A stretch of 64,000 nucleotides of DNA from Thermodesulfovibrionales bacterium (GCA_033853975.1 JAWOKY010000027.1:15444-79443), one strand, 5' to 3'; counted from the first letter of the stretch, positions 49,347 through 58,071 are shown. A program made the numbers and translations. The notes: generated by a model not told the origin, from the sequence alone.

Positions 49347-49640
49347 ATGGAAACCAGAGAATATTGCGATAACGTAGCATTTGAGCTTGCCGGATGGAAA
49401 ACAAAAGTTGACGAGATACTGAAAAGATTCGACCACGCTTCGACAGGGTACAAGGAAAAGATTGTCGGAGAAGTGAACGGACTGCATATCGTCGCTGAAG
49501 AGCTCGACGAAAGATTGAAGGGGCTCTGCACGGCCTGCATGACCACTTGGGAACCCCAGGCGGAAGACCACGATATTGTCTGGCCTGAGCAGTCTATGAG
49601 GACCTGGTCGAGCATAGCTGAAAGTGATTTCGGCGGATAA
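49347..49640 (+). CDS. hypothetical 97-aa protein
   Basis: AAGGAG SD at 49334. Bracketed by a near-consensus promoter and a perfect terminator. Predicted helical with a CTAC motif. No family recognised. Confidence 0.55.
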   Translation: METREYCDNVAFELAGWKTKVDEILKRFDHASTGYKEKIVGEVNGLHIVAEELDERLKGLCTACMTTWEPQAEDHDIVWPEQSMRTWSSIAESDFGG

Positions 49641-49663
49641 TGAACCGTCAACTTGAGTCGTCG

Positions 49664-49712
49664 AAAAAGACATGAGTCAGCCCCAACGGGGCTGACTCAT
49701 GTCTTTTTTTTT
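49664..49712 (+). terminator. rho-independent terminator (A-tract/T-tract flanked, potentially bidirectional)
   Basis: AAAAA-GACATGAGTCAGCCCC-AAC-GGGGCTGACTCATGTC-TTTTTTTTT. A 16-bp perfect stem. Confidence 0.9.
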
Positions 49713-49828
49713 CACTTCTCTACCTGCAGGAATGGGCCGATCTCTTTGCCTTCGTCCCGTCCTTGTTTCCACATAAGATCAACCTCTTCACCCACTTACA
49801 TCAGGGACAGCGTACCTTTTACGGCCTT

Positions 49829-49886
49829 CCGGACATGTCCGGCAAAGTATGTCTGACATAATTGTCATGTCTTACATTCTTGTCAT
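49829..49886 (+). promoter_or_regulatory. palindrome cluster, candidate enhancer-binding-protein UAS
   Basis: CCGGACATGTCCGG (49829-49842), ATGTCTGACAT (49849-49859), and TGTCAT at 49863 and 49881. Lies 45-100 bp upstream of the -24/-12 element. Confidence 0.4.
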
Positions 49887-49930
49887 ATTTATCATTTTGT
49901 AATTTCTTTGTAAATCCAGACGTTACTGCC

Positions 49931-49946
49931 TGGCACGGTTCTGGCT
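49931..49946 (+). promoter_or_regulatory. sigma-54 (-24/-12) promoter
   Basis: TGGCACGGTTCTGGCT versus consensus TGGCACG-N4-TTGCW. GG and GC are in the canonical register with one mismatch in the -12 box. 22 nt upstream of the ATG at 49969. Confidence 0.55.
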
Positions 49947-49968
49947 ACCATAACTGCGAGGTGAATAA

Positions 49969-50193
49969 ATGGAGACCCTGAAAGACAAGATAAGAGAACT
50001 GGAAAGAGACGAGATAATCAAGGCACTCAAAGACAGCGGCTGGGTCATGGCCAGGGCCGCACGGAAACTCGGCATAACGGAGAGAATGATCGGCTACAAG
50101 GTAACAAAGTATGGCATAAGGACCAAGGAGGTGCGGTGGGTTGAACAGGAGGAAAATCGGGAGATTGGCGCGCTGGAACATGATGTGCCGTGA
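49969..50193 (+). CDS. stand-alone Fis/NtrC-type HTH (HTH_8) protein
   Basis: 74 aa. ERDEIIKALKDSGWVMARAARKLGITERMIGYKVTKYGI resembles the C-terminal DNA-binding domain of NtrC-family activators. GAGGTGA SD. Confidence 0.7.
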   Translation: METLKDKIRELERDEIIKALKDSGWVMARAARKLGITERMIGYKVTKYGIRTKEVRWVEQEENREIGALEHDVP

Positions 50194-50270
50194 CCGGTTT
50201 GCTTGCTCATGATACGGGAGACGCCATTACAACGATCAATCACATCTCAAACATGAAAGGTAAAAAAACA

Positions 50271-51701
50271 ATGAGAAAGTTCCTGAGTATTACCGTTTTA
50301 TTATGGTTACTGCTTCCAACAGCCCTGTCCCTGGCTGCAGACAAGACCGCGGGGCCCATTTCCGCTTCAGTTGCCCCGGCGCAGTTGAAGATCGATACAG
50401 GTGACACTGCCTGGATGATTGTTGCCGCGGCACTGGTCATGATGATGACGCTGCCCGGGCTCGCATTATTTTACGGGGGCCTGTCGAAAAGAAAAGACAT
50501 GCTCAATACCATGGCAATGTCATTTGCGGCCTTCTGCATCGTAAGTGTCCTGTGGGTCCTTTACGGCTACAGCCTCTCTTTCAGCGGCGATGTTGGCGGA
50601 GTGATAGGCAACGGCGCAAGACTGTTTCTCGCAGGTATCGGGATAAACGGCATCGCCGACGCGGCAAAGACCATACCTGAATACATCTTTATCGCGTATC
50701 AGCTTACCTTTGCGGCAATCACGGTGGCCCTGGCAAGCGGTGCATACATCGAGCGCATGAAGTTCTCGGCGTGGATATTGTTTTCGGTCCTGTGGTTGAC
50801 CTTCGCCTATCTGCCGGTTGCCCACTGGGTGTGGGGAGGAGGATTTCTGGCAAAGCTCGGGGCACTCGATTTCGCCGGCGGCACCGTAGTCCATGTCAAT
50901 GCTGGCATTGCGGCACTCGTGGGTGCCCTTATGCTCGGCAAGAGACGCCAGACAGCGCTGGTGCCGAATAACCTTACCCTTGTCATAACCGGGGCGGGCC
51001 TTCTGTGGTTCGGATGGTTTGGCTTCAATGCCGGCTCTGCACTGGCGGCTAACGGACTGGCCGGAGCAGCCTTCCTCAATACCAACACAGCGGCAGCAAT
51101 AGCGGCGGTCTCCTGGATGGTAGTAGAGTGGATGCACTCGAAAAAACCGACGGTGCTGGGCCTCGCCTCCGGTGCGGTGGCCGGTCTCGTCGCGATAACA
51201 CCCGCTGCAGGCTTCGTCAACGTCTCAGGGGCTCTCTTCATCGGTGCCGCTGCGGGCGTGGTGGCCTTCTTCTCTGTGGCTGTTATGAAGGCCAAGTTCG
51301 GTTATGACGACACCCTCGATGCTTTCGGAATACACGGCGTGGCGGGCACACTCGGCGCCATCCTCACAGGCGTCTTTGCAGATCCCTCGATCAATGAGGC
51401 AGGCAGGGGTCTGCTCTACGGCAATCCCGGACAGGTCCTTACTCAGTTCATTGCGGTCGGAGTAACGCTGATTTATAGCGGGACAGTCACCTTCATCGTC
51501 TTCAAGATCGTTAAGGCCCTGGTTGGACTCAGGGTTGACGATGAAGCCGAATTTGCCGGGCTTGACGAGAGCGAGCACGGGGAGATGGCTTATAATTTTC
51601 AACTCTATACCGGTGGATTGACGGTCCACGGGCATGCCGAAGAGGCACTCTCCGGAGCCCCGTTCGTATCCCACAAGAAAAGCGCCTATTCGGAGCAGTA
51701 A
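50271..51701 (+). CDS. amt: ammonium transporter
   Basis: ORF 50190 trimmed to MRKFLSITVLL... (signal peptide; ATG 50253 is an alternative). Amt motifs DTAWMIVAAALV, DFAGGTVVH, LLWFGWFGFNAGS, HGVAGTLG. Confidence 0.95.
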   Translation: MRKFLSITVLLWLLLPTALSLAADKTAGPISASVAPAQLKIDTGDTAWMIVAAALVMMMTLPGLALFYGGLSKRKDMLNTMAMSFAAFCIVSVLWVLYGYSLSFSGDVGGVIGNGARLFLAGIGINGIADAAKTIPEYIFIAYQLTFAAITVALASGAYIERMKFSAWILFSVLWLTFAYLPVAHWVWGGGFLAKLGALDFAGGTVVHVNAGIAALVGALMLGKRRQTALVPNNLTLVITGAGLLWFGWFGFNAGSALAANGLAGAAFLNTNTAAAIAAVSWMVVEWMHSKKPTVLGLASGAVAGLVAITPAAGFVNVSGALFIGAAAGVVAFFSVAVMKAKFGYDDTLDAFGIHGVAGTLGAILTGVFADPSINEAGRGLLYGNPGQVLTQFIAVGVTLIYSGTVTFIVFKIVKALVGLRVDDEAEFAGLDESEHGEMAYNFQLYTGGLTVHGHAEEALSGAPFVSHKKSAYSEQ

Positions 51702-51721
51702 GAAAATCTCTTCTCCCTCGG

Positions 51722-51752
51722 CAGAGGGGCCGCAACGCGGCCCCTCTGTTTC
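51722..51752 (+). terminator. probable intrinsic terminator after amt
   Basis: CAGAGGGGCCG-CAACG-CGGCCCCTCTG (11-bp GC-rich stem) followed by only TTT. Confidence 0.55.
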
Positions 51753-51965
51753 TCCAGGGGCCTTTGTTATCTTCCCCTTTTCGCTGCGCCCTGCCCCGGG
51801 CAACTGCGAGCACTTATTCGGGCCTTGATCCGGTGCCCCTCTCGTGCGAAAATGATACAGGGCTTAACCCTGAAGATCTCAATTAATTCATTCGGGGATT
51901 TTTCTGCTTTTGTCCCCGGCGGCGCCCTGCCCTATCTGCTGGGCCCGAAAGAATAAAGGTGATGG

Positions 51966-52508
51966 GTGATGACGAAGATTCTGATTGTGGACGACAATGA
52001 GGACTTCCGTGTCCTCTGCAGGTATGAACTGGAGGACGCCGGGTATGGGGTCGTAATGGCCGGAACCGCAGCAGGGGCTATGGAATCCTTCCGCAAGGAG
52101 AAACCCGATCTCGTCGTCCTCGACATAAAACTCCCCGACATGGACGGTCTGGAACTCCTTGGCAGGATCAAGGACAGCAGAAGCGACGTACCCGTTATTA
52201 TGCACACGGCCTATGATTACATGTACGACCTTGCTTGCGATATAGCCGATGCGTACGTCGTAAAATCAGCCGACTTCCGGGAACTGACGCGGCGGATTGC
52301 CCAACTCTTGGCGGAAAGGGGGCCGAAGCAGCCAGACAGGCCTCAAGACAGCCTTTCCGAGAAGACGTTCATGACCGTTACGATCAGAATCAGGGAATCA
52401 CACGTTAAAAGGCTGAGAGAACTGGGGGCCCCCGACGATGCGTCGTTCGACAGGATGATAGATGAGGCACTCTGCGCTTACCTCAAAACAAAGAAACATG
52501 ATTCCTGA
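51966..52508 (+). CDS. response regulator: receiver domain + C-terminal ribbon-helix-helix-like segment
   Basis: REC domain (ILIVDDNEDF...LVVLDIKLPDMDG...IMHTA...K). The C-terminal ~45 aa TVTIRIRESHVKRLRELG...FDRMIDEALCAYLK fit a beta-alpha-alpha pattern. GTG 51966 / ATG 51969. Confidence 0.75.
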   Translation: MMTKILIVDDNEDFRVLCRYELEDAGYGVVMAGTAAGAMESFRKEKPDLVVLDIKLPDMDGLELLGRIKDSRSDVPVIMHTAYDYMYDLACDIADAYVVKSADFRELTRRIAQLLAERGPKQPDRPQDSLSEKTFMTVTIRIRESHVKRLRELGAPDDASFDRMIDEALCAYLKTKKHDS

Positions 52509-52567
52509 TAACGAAACAGACGGAAAGATAACGATGCCCGGGGGCGGACCGGATCTGGTGAGCTGTT

Positions 52568-53515
52568 ATGGCGGTTAGCGAGATCTATGAAGTGATCATC
52601 ATCGGCGGCGGCCCCGCAGGGCTCACCGCCGGCCTCTACTGCGAGAGGGCGGCGCTGAAAACGCTCCTCATCGAGAGGGGATTGCTCGGCGGCCAGCTTG
52701 CCATATCGAAAGAGGTCGAAAACTACCCCGGGGTGCAGAGCATCAATGGTTTTGAGCTTGCCGAGAAAATGGCCAGCCATGCCCGATCCTTCGGCCTCCC
52801 CATCCTGCAGCACGAGGTAAACGCGATCATACCTGGTGCCGATCTGCACTCTGTTCAACTTGCGGACGGCACTGCGCTGGGGGCAATTACCGTGATTCTC
52901 GCAGCCGGCGGGTCAGTGCGAAAACTCGGCATCCCGGGTGAAGCGGAATATCTCGGCGCCGGCGTTTCCTACTGCGCCACCTGCGACGGTTTTTTCTTCA
53001 AAGACAAGACAGTTGTTGTTGTAGGCGGAGGGGACACTGCAGCCGAGGAGGCGCTTTTTCTGTCGAGACTGGCCCGGAAGGTCTATCTGGTGCATCGGAA
53101 ACGCGAGCTTCGGGCGAGCAAAATTCTTCGCAGCCGCGTAATGACCGAGCCCGCTATCGAGATTATCTGGAATACGGTTGTTACCGAAATCAAGGGTGCC
53201 GACGGGTCAGCAACGGCTGTTTGCCTCGAAGATACCGAAACCGGCGGGAAGACGGAACTGGCCACCGCGGGCGTATTTATTTTTATCGGCTACTATCCGA
53301 ACAACCGCTTGATACCGCCCGAAGTGCGCATGGACGAACGGGGTTTTGTAATAACCGACGAAAAGTGCATGACCAGCGTTCCGGGAATCTTCGCCGCGGG
53401 GGATCTTCGGCAGAAGTTCGCCAATCAAATCGTGGTAGCGGCCGCCGACGGCTGCATCGCGGCACTGGCCGCTGCCGAATATGTAGAGGTTCAAAAGAGC
53501 GGCCGTTCTACCTGA
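52568..53515 (+). CDS. trxB: thioredoxin-disulfide reductase
   Basis: IIIGGGPAGLTA, redox-active CATCDG, VVGGGDTAAEEA, FAAGD. Confidence 0.95.
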   Translation: MAVSEIYEVIIIGGGPAGLTAGLYCERAALKTLLIERGLLGGQLAISKEVENYPGVQSINGFELAEKMASHARSFGLPILQHEVNAIIPGADLHSVQLADGTALGAITVILAAGGSVRKLGIPGEAEYLGAGVSYCATCDGFFFKDKTVVVVGGGDTAAEEALFLSRLARKVYLVHRKRELRASKILRSRVMTEPAIEIIWNTVVTEIKGADGSATAVCLEDTETGGKTELATAGVFIFIGYYPNNRLIPPEVRMDERGFVITDEKCMTSVPGIFAAGDLRQKFANQIVVAAADGCIAALAAAEYVEVQKSGRST

Positions 53516-53697
53516 CCCTTCCGCCGGACGTCTTCGCCAATGTTTCACGGACTTGTCGGTCTTTGCCAGGCCTTCCCGCGGCAGTAGGACACTGCCGCCG
53601 GGAATGAAACGGCGGAACAGAATTTCTGCTCCATATCTTTTGAAGCCATAAGGTAAAATAAAAAAGATACTAGAAGCCGGGACAAAAAGGACCAGAG

Positions 53698-54792
53698 ATG
53701 AACAATCTTTTCTCCATTGCAGGGCAATTCGCACTCCGTGGCAAGGTAATCGACGTCACTGAATTCGGGAAGGGCAACATCAACCGCACCTTCCTCGTCA
53801 CGATGGATTTCGACGGGGGCCGTTTTATCCTGCAGCGCATCAACACACAGGTATTTTGCAAGCCTGATCTCCTCATGCACAACATGCTCATCTCCACAGG
53901 ACATATGACGCGACGCATGCTGGAGACTCAACTCACGGGGGGCCGCCGCTGGGAGGTCCCGGTTGTCATCCCGACGGGGGCGGGCAAGGAGTACTTGCGG
54001 GCATCCGACGGATCATTCTGGCGTGCAATTGGTTTTATTGACGGCTCAGAGTCCTTCGCCGTAATCAATGATTGCAATCACGCGCAGGAGGTCGGGTATG
54101 CGCTGGGCCTTTTCCATGCCCTCCTTGCCGATCTCCCCCCGGAAAGCCTTGCGGATACTCTGGAGGGTTTCCACATCGCGCCGCGTTACCTTAGACATTA
54201 CGAAGAGGTGCTGGCGAAATGCCAACTCGCATCGTCCCCCGAACTTGATTACTGCATTCGCTTTGTCGGACAGCGCAGAGACCTTGCTCATGTCCTCGAG
54301 GACGCGAAGGCTGAGGGCAGATTGCTCCTTCGCACGATTCATGGCGATCCCAAAACAGACAACGTCATGATGGACGTATCCACCCGGCAGGCGGTGGGCA
54401 TTGTCGACCTCGACACCGTGAAGCCCGGACTGGTTCATTACGACATTGGAGACTGCCTGCGGTCCGCCTGCAACCTCATGGGAGAAGATACCGATAAATG
54501 GGAGTCCGTCTGTTTCGATACGGATGTGGCCAGTGCGGTCCTGAATGGCTATAGTTCCGTGGCAAGGGGGTTCCTGACGAAAAATGACCTTGATTATCTG
54601 TATGATTCGATCCGACTAATCGCCTTCGAGCTCGGACTCAGATTTTTCACGGATTATATGGAGGGAGACGTCTACTTCAGAGTCAGGAGGCCAAACCATA
54701 ATCTTGCCAGGGCGCTTATACAGTTCAGGCTCACCGAGAGCATCGAAACGCAGAGAGCAGCGATAAACAGCATCATACGGGACATGAGATGA
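53698..54792 (+). CDS. APH/choline-kinase-fold phosphotransferase (NahK-like sugar 1-kinase?)
   Basis: EFGKGNINRTFLV...FILQRINTQVF N-lobe, catalytic loop IHGDPKTDNVMMD, and IVDLDT metal-binding motif. Substrate not determinable from sequence. Confidence 0.7.
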   Translation: MNNLFSIAGQFALRGKVIDVTEFGKGNINRTFLVTMDFDGGRFILQRINTQVFCKPDLLMHNMLISTGHMTRRMLETQLTGGRRWEVPVVIPTGAGKEYLRASDGSFWRAIGFIDGSESFAVINDCNHAQEVGYALGLFHALLADLPPESLADTLEGFHIAPRYLRHYEEVLAKCQLASSPELDYCIRFVGQRRDLAHVLEDAKAEGRLLLRTIHGDPKTDNVMMDVSTRQAVGIVDLDTVKPGLVHYDIGDCLRSACNLMGEDTDKWESVCFDTDVASAVLNGYSSVARGFLTKNDLDYLYDSIRLIAFELGLRFFTDYMEGDVYFRVRRPNHNLARALIQFRLTESIETQRAAINSIIRDMR

Positions 54793-55325
54793 GCAGTCAG
54801 ATCTTTTCCCTTCTCCCGTTCCCCTTCCCGGGGGTTCCGCACGACATAAAGATTTCAGGCAGTGTCGGCAGATGCGACAATATGCTCAGGGCAACCTTTA
54901 TCCTTTCCGGACATCTCGACGACGTTGTCATCCCACCCCCGTCTGCTCCTGTACGCAGAGACGGCCTGTGGGAAGAGACCTGTTTCGAGTTTTTTCTGGC
55001 TTTGAGCGAGTCTGCCCCCTACTGGGAATTCAACCTCTCGCCTGCCGGGCACTGGAATGTATACCGTTTCACATCCTATCGAACTGACATGGAAAGAGAG
55101 CAAGCCTTCACTTCGCTCCCCTTTGCAGTACGCGCCGGGCAAGACGTCATGAACCTCTCCGTGACTGTCGACATCGGCGGGATAGTCCCTGCCCGCAATG
55201 CCCTGCAGGTGGGTATCACATCTGTCATAAAAAAGAAAGACGGCGCGAGGACCTACTGGGCACTGAGTCATCCCGGACCCCGACCGGACTTTCATCACAG
55301 AGAAAATTTCGTTATCGAATTATAG
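54789..55325 (+). CDS. hypothetical protein (possible DOMON/CBM9-like beta-sandwich)
   Basis: ATGA overlap with the kinase gene. 178 aa, beta-rich. The EETCFEFFLA...YWEFNLSPAGHWNVYRF pattern reminds me of DOMON-like proteins. The fold call is tentative. Confidence 0.45.
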   Translation: MSSQIFSLLPFPFPGVPHDIKISGSVGRCDNMLRATFILSGHLDDVVIPPPSAPVRRDGLWEETCFEFFLALSESAPYWEFNLSPAGHWNVYRFTSYRTDMEREQAFTSLPFAVRAGQDVMNLSVTVDIGGIVPARNALQVGITSVIKKKDGARTYWALSHPGPRPDFHHRENFVIEL

Positions 55326-55366
55326 ATAAAGCCCTTCGCCGGGACAAGTCGCAAAAGGGCGGACCG

Positions 55367-55723
55367 TCAATATCTGTCCCGATCCCTTTCATGCCTTTCG
55401 TGTTCGCCTTCACGTCGTTCCATATGGGAAGGCCAACGGTCTCTTGGGAGGACATGCCAGGGTCCTCTCCTCTGGCGGCTCCAGTACCAGCCCGCGTCCC
55501 AATGGTAATAATAGTAACCCTGATACGAGTAGAGATCTCTGCCCGGCACCACCACAACCGACGGAAGCGGCTGGACGATGATGTCGGGAGGAGCCGCCAC
55601 AACCTCAGGCGGGCCTATTACCACGGTCTCGGGAAGGGGCTCTATGTAAGTCCCGCTTGGCGTGACGTAGGCCGCACATCCGGTAATGATGAGCAGAGCA
55701 ATCGCGATGAGACTATTTTTCAT
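55367..55723 (-). CDS. small lipoprotein with aromatic-rich core and charged His/Arg/Glu tail
   Basis: GGAGGTG SD. Lipobox IITGC, then a Pro/Val-rich segment, YSYQGYYYYHWDAGWYWS, and the tail ERREGEHERHERDRDRY. Confidence 0.6.
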   Translation of the reverse strand: MKNSLIAIALLIITGCAAYVTPSGTYIEPLPETVVIGPPEVVAAPPDIIVQPLPSVVVVPGRDLYSYQGYYYYHWDAGWYWSRQRRGPWHVLPRDRWPSHMERREGEHERHERDRDRY

Positions 55724-55910
55724 AAGACACCTCCGTTTTTTAAAAGCTTATCACAAAAAAAAGTTGCTCCAATGGAACCACCGCACTTGACAAGGTCTTT
55801 GTATAGATGTAAACAGTAATAGAGACTGTAACCCAAAAGGGTCTTTTTCCCCGGAGAAATATATACGCAGAAGGGCGAATGCATCCTAGGTCCATCTCCC
55901 TTCCGCATAG

Positions 55911-55935
55911 AGCCCCGGATAATACCGGGGCTTTT
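55911..55935 (+). terminator. orphan plus-strand intrinsic terminator-like hairpin
   Basis: AGCCCCGG-ATAATA-CCGGGGCT followed by TTT(T). The T-tract is present only on the plus strand, and there is no plus-strand gene upstream. Confidence 0.45.
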
Positions 55936-56072
55936 CATTGTGCGCAGCCCCTGACAAGTTAAATATTGGTTACATAGTAAATCAGGCGAACGGACAAAAA
56001 AGGTCCATAATCCGAGGTTCCATATGGCTGCCGGACAAAACCGGAGGCGGAAGTATAACGCCGCGACACCTG

Positions 56073-56621
56073 TTACCCTTTCTTCTTGTCCCCTTTTGAA
56101 AACAGTGACTGCAGCAATGAATCTACCGCTTCGTCCGTCTCATCCTTCTCAGCCGCGGGGGGAACTGCCTGGTGGCTCGCCGGACCAAGAACAGATCCGT
56201 ATGCCGACCGGCCTTCCATGGCTTTTTCCCCAGTCAAGGTCTCGTTTCCCGGGCTTGACTCAACTACTCCTCTTTCGAAGCGCTTCCTCTGTTGGATCCG
56301 TTCCTCAGTCGGCAGAAGGGAATTGACGTAGGCAGCGAACTCCTCATCGAATTCGATGATTTCGATACCCATACCGTTTTTCCCATAAGCCAGCCCCGTT
56401 CTCACGGACCGCCGAACGATGCCCTTGATTTTTGCGACGCTATTGCCGGGAAGATGGATAGTCAGATCAACGGCGGTATCGGGAGAAAAGGGCTTGCTCG
56501 TCCTTACAAAAAGCCCGCCTCCCGACAGATCGCTCGATATGCCCCTGAAAACTACTCCTTCAGATGAGCATTCGGTCTCAAGACGCTTGATAATTCTCTT
56601 GTGTCTTCTTACGCCCGTCAC
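56073..56621 (-). CDS. PilZ-domain protein with long C-terminal extension
   Basis: Canonical RRHKR ... SDLSGGG motifs in the first 40 aa. The C-terminal ~70 aa are low-complexity and acidic. Confidence 0.75.
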   Translation of the reverse strand: MTGVRRHKRIIKRLETECSSEGVVFRGISSDLSGGGLFVRTSKPFSPDTAVDLTIHLPGNSVAKIKGIVRRSVRTGLAYGKNGMGIEIIEFDEEFAAYVNSLLPTEERIQQRKRFERGVVESSPGNETLTGEKAMEGRSAYGSVLGPASHQAVPPAAEKDETDEAVDSLLQSLFSKGDKKKG

Positions 56622-56786
56622 GTCTTCCTTCTCCCCTTTCCGGTGTTCTTTGGGGCCGCTCTTGATTCATTATACATCCTGGGCCTCAGAAATTGACCTG
56701 ACCTTTACCGACGTCGTTCGGGAAAAAGGGCAGTCCCTGATATAATGGGAAAGAAACGACAAGCCTTTGCTTCAAAGGAGGGGGAT

Positions 56787-57608
56787 ATGAACAGCCTTGT
56801 CAAGAGTGCTTTCGTGCAACTGATCTCGCTTTCCCTGGTTTTTGTGTCTTTCGGAACGTCCACGGCAAAGACGGCAGACGTCGAGGGGAAAGAGGTTGTT
56901 TATAATGCCGGCGGCCTTTTGATGAGGGGGTACATTGCGTTCGACAAAAACAGAAAAGGCAGACGCCCCGGGGTCCTCGTTGTGCCCGAATGGTGGGGAA
57001 TAACTGACTATGAAAGGCATCGCGCGCGTATGCTTGCCGAGAAAGGGTATACGGCTCTTGCCATCGACATGTACGGAGAGGGAAAACAGGCACTCAACCC
57101 CGACGAGGCCGCCGGATATTCCAGGGGCGTGGCCCAAAGACCTGAAGTTGAAAAAGAACGTTTCATGGCGGCGATGGATTTTCTCAGGCAACAGCCTGAA
57201 GTCGCCCCCTCGCGTATAGCCGCGATCGGTTATTGCTTTGGAGGTGGTGTAGTACTGAATATGGCAGGCCAGGGGGTAGACCTTAAGGGGGTTGCGAGCT
57301 TTCATGGCAGTCTCGGCGCCGTAAAGCCTGCTCGCAGGGGCGATGTGAAGGCCAGAATCCTTGTACTGCAAGGAACAGGAGACAAGTTTGTAAGCGCTGA
57401 CCAGATCCAGGCATTCAGGCAGCAGTTAATAAGCGCGGACGCCGACTTCCGGATAGTCTTATACCCCGGGGCCAGCCACGCCTTCACCAATCCAAAGGCC
57501 GATGAGTATGCAAAGAAATTTCATTTGCCGATTGCATACGATGCAGAGGCCGACAACAAGTCATGGAGAGAGCTGCTTGTGTTTCTTCAGGAAATATTCA
57601 GGGAATAG
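56787..57608 (+). CDS. dienelactone hydrolase family protein (secreted)
   Basis: ORF trimmed to ATG 56787 (AAGGAGGGGG SD). Signal peptide, GYCFGG nucleophile elbow, and YPGASHAF. Confidence 0.85.
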   Translation: MNSLVKSAFVQLISLSLVFVSFGTSTAKTADVEGKEVVYNAGGLLMRGYIAFDKNRKGRRPGVLVVPEWWGITDYERHRARMLAEKGYTALAIDMYGEGKQALNPDEAAGYSRGVAQRPEVEKERFMAAMDFLRQQPEVAPSRIAAIGYCFGGGVVLNMAGQGVDLKGVASFHGSLGAVKPARRGDVKARILVLQGTGDKFVSADQIQAFRQQLISADADFRIVLYPGASHAFTNPKADEYAKKFHLPIAYDAEADNKSWRELLVFLQEIFRE

Positions 57609-57681
57609 AAATATCGTGCGCTGCCCTGACCCGACAAAAGGCGGCTAAAAATTGCGAGGACTAAAGGCCGACAGGCAAAGG

Positions 57682-58071
57682 TCATTGATCGACCTGAATC
57701 CATCCCTTCATGCCGAGCGTGGAATGAAGGGGTTTGTCGCAATAAAACTCATACGTACCGGAGTCGGCAAGTTCAACCTTCACCGTCACCGTCTCCTTTG
57801 AAGGGAGGGGCACGCTCTGCAGGGTGTTTCCCCCCGGGTCTTTTATCGTAAAATTGTGTCCCGTGCCAGAGGTGTTTTCGATTTTTAAAAGGAGGACATC
57901 TCCCTTATATGCCTTGATGTTGTTCGGGACGAACTTGAAGTCGCTGGCAGTTATGGCAACGGCTTGTCCTTTGCCAGGACCTACCGTCACAAGGGGCTGG
58001 CGTGCCGCACATGCGGCCGCCAAAAATATGGCCGCAGCACAAAGCAGAGCAAATCCGCCGAACTGTCTCAT
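57682..58071 (-). CDS. cupredoxin-domain (type 1 copper) lipoprotein
   Basis: ORF trimmed to MRQFGG... (GGAGAGGAG SD). Lipobox LAAAC. Copper ligand pattern GHNF...YCDKPLHSTLGM (H...C-x4-H-x4-M). Confidence 0.75.
   Translation of the reverse strand: MRQFGGFALLCAAAIFLAAACAARQPLVTVGPGKGQAVAITASDFKFVPNNIKAYKGDVLLLKIENTSGTGHNFTIKDPGGNTLQSVPLPSKETVTVKVELADSGTYEFYCDKPLHSTLGMKGWIQVDQ

Noticed and set aside
49284-49673. 129- and 117-aa minus-strand ORFs
   Set aside because: They are antisense to the 97-aa gene, which has a promoter, SD and terminator. They are Ser/Leu/Phe-rich low-complexity translations.
55808-55832. TGTAAAC...TGTAACC, considered as a BirA (bio) operator
   Set aside because: The two halves are direct repeats, not inverted, and the site is about 10 kb from the bio genes.
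55879-55962. 27-codon ORF inside the candidate sRNA region
   Set aside because: It has no SD at proper spacing and reads through the terminator hairpin. The peptide has no distinguishing features.
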